NCBI GenBank assembly: GCA_043806755.1
Contig: JAZDGS010000023.1
Location: forward strand, 1 to 61,310
Length of the DNA: 61,310 nucleotides
Reading direction: 5' to 3'
DNA from: Pseudomonadota bacterium
GTDB taxonomy: Bacteria; Desulfobacterota; Desulfobacteria; Desulfobacterales; UBA2156
Shown here: positions 60,993-61,310 of the stretch, one piece after another
Position numbering within the stretch: the first letter of the stretch is position 1
Layout of the letters: every line of letters begins with the position of its first letter
Made by a program: the position numbers and the translations under genes
Notes under the pieces: model-generated
The model's input: the letters and a program-made list of their open reading frames with translations, nothing else
Told to the model about the DNA's origin: nothing
Databases searched by the model: none

Positions 60993-61043
60993 GCCGGCTT
61001 TCGGAAAACCCCTTCGGCAGCCATCGTCTCCGGATCTGAACCG

Positions 61044-61310
61044 ATGACGGCTGTTTTATCCCTCCGGAATCTCGTTAAAGCCTATTACGGGCGACAGGTC
61101 GTCAACTCTGTTTCTATCGATGTCGAAAGCGGAACCGTCGTAGGGCTCCTCGGCCCTAACGGTGCAGGAAAAACCACCACATTCTACATGACCATCGGCA
61201 TGATCAAACCGGACGGAGGTCAGGTCTTTCTCAACGAGGACGATATTACCGAACTTCCAATGTACATGCGTGCCCGAAAAGGGATCGGATATCTCCCCCA
61301 GGAAGCATCC
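61044..61310 (+). CDS. lptB: LPS export ABC transporter ATPase LptB, 5' part only (truncated by the window end)
   Basis: Read manually: [20 protein letters not shown]...[16 protein letters not shown]...[19 protein letters not shown]. Confidence 0.93.
   Translation, partial: MTAVLSLRNLVKAYYGRQVVNSVSIDVESGTVVGLLGPNGAGKTTTFYMTIGMIKPDGGQVFLNEDDITELPMYMRARKGIGYLPQEAS

Noticed and set aside
61018-61053. Hairpin overlapping the lptB start codon
   Set aside because: The stem is short and bulged, as expected by chance at this GC content; no further support.

Overview
Gene-dense bacterial chromosomal segment. Gene order and protein types suggest an anaerobic diderm of the Desulfobacterota type; this is inference only. 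About 40 kb (roughly 20-61 kb) is mostly core or housekeeping: Xaa-Pro peptidase, xerD, a DegT-family aminotransferase, manC, dnaE, guaB, a YciO/Sua5-family gene, sppA, rpsA, cmk, hisC, a four-subunit 2-oxoacid:ferredoxin oxidoreductase operon, namZ, RNase HI, plsB, a MurU-AmgK fusion, dapB, alaS, recA, thpR, a DUF39 homocysteine enzyme, an M23 peptidase, and kdsA-kdsC-lptC-lptA-lptB. Three things stand out. (1) An OsmC-like selenoprotein that the ORF track splits in two: an in-frame UGA sits at the catalytic Cys position and is followed by a SECIS-type hairpin. (2) A ~14 kb envelope cluster encoding an AsmA/YdbH-like bridge protein, a YdbL/DUF1318-like lipoprotein, a 2821-aa exported PD40-TPR-pseudoCHAT-TPR-CHAT caspase-like protease, an SH3 protein and a Tat-type M48 metalloprotease. 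This is the best candidate for an undescribed system. (3) A small membrane protein whose pattern matches my recollection of magnetosome MamI, although no other mam genes are present. Two intergenic palindromic elements look like miniature IS200/IS605 or REP-type remnants. I saw no rRNA, tRNA, CRISPR array or intact transposase. All family calls come from motif recognition by eye; no database search was run.
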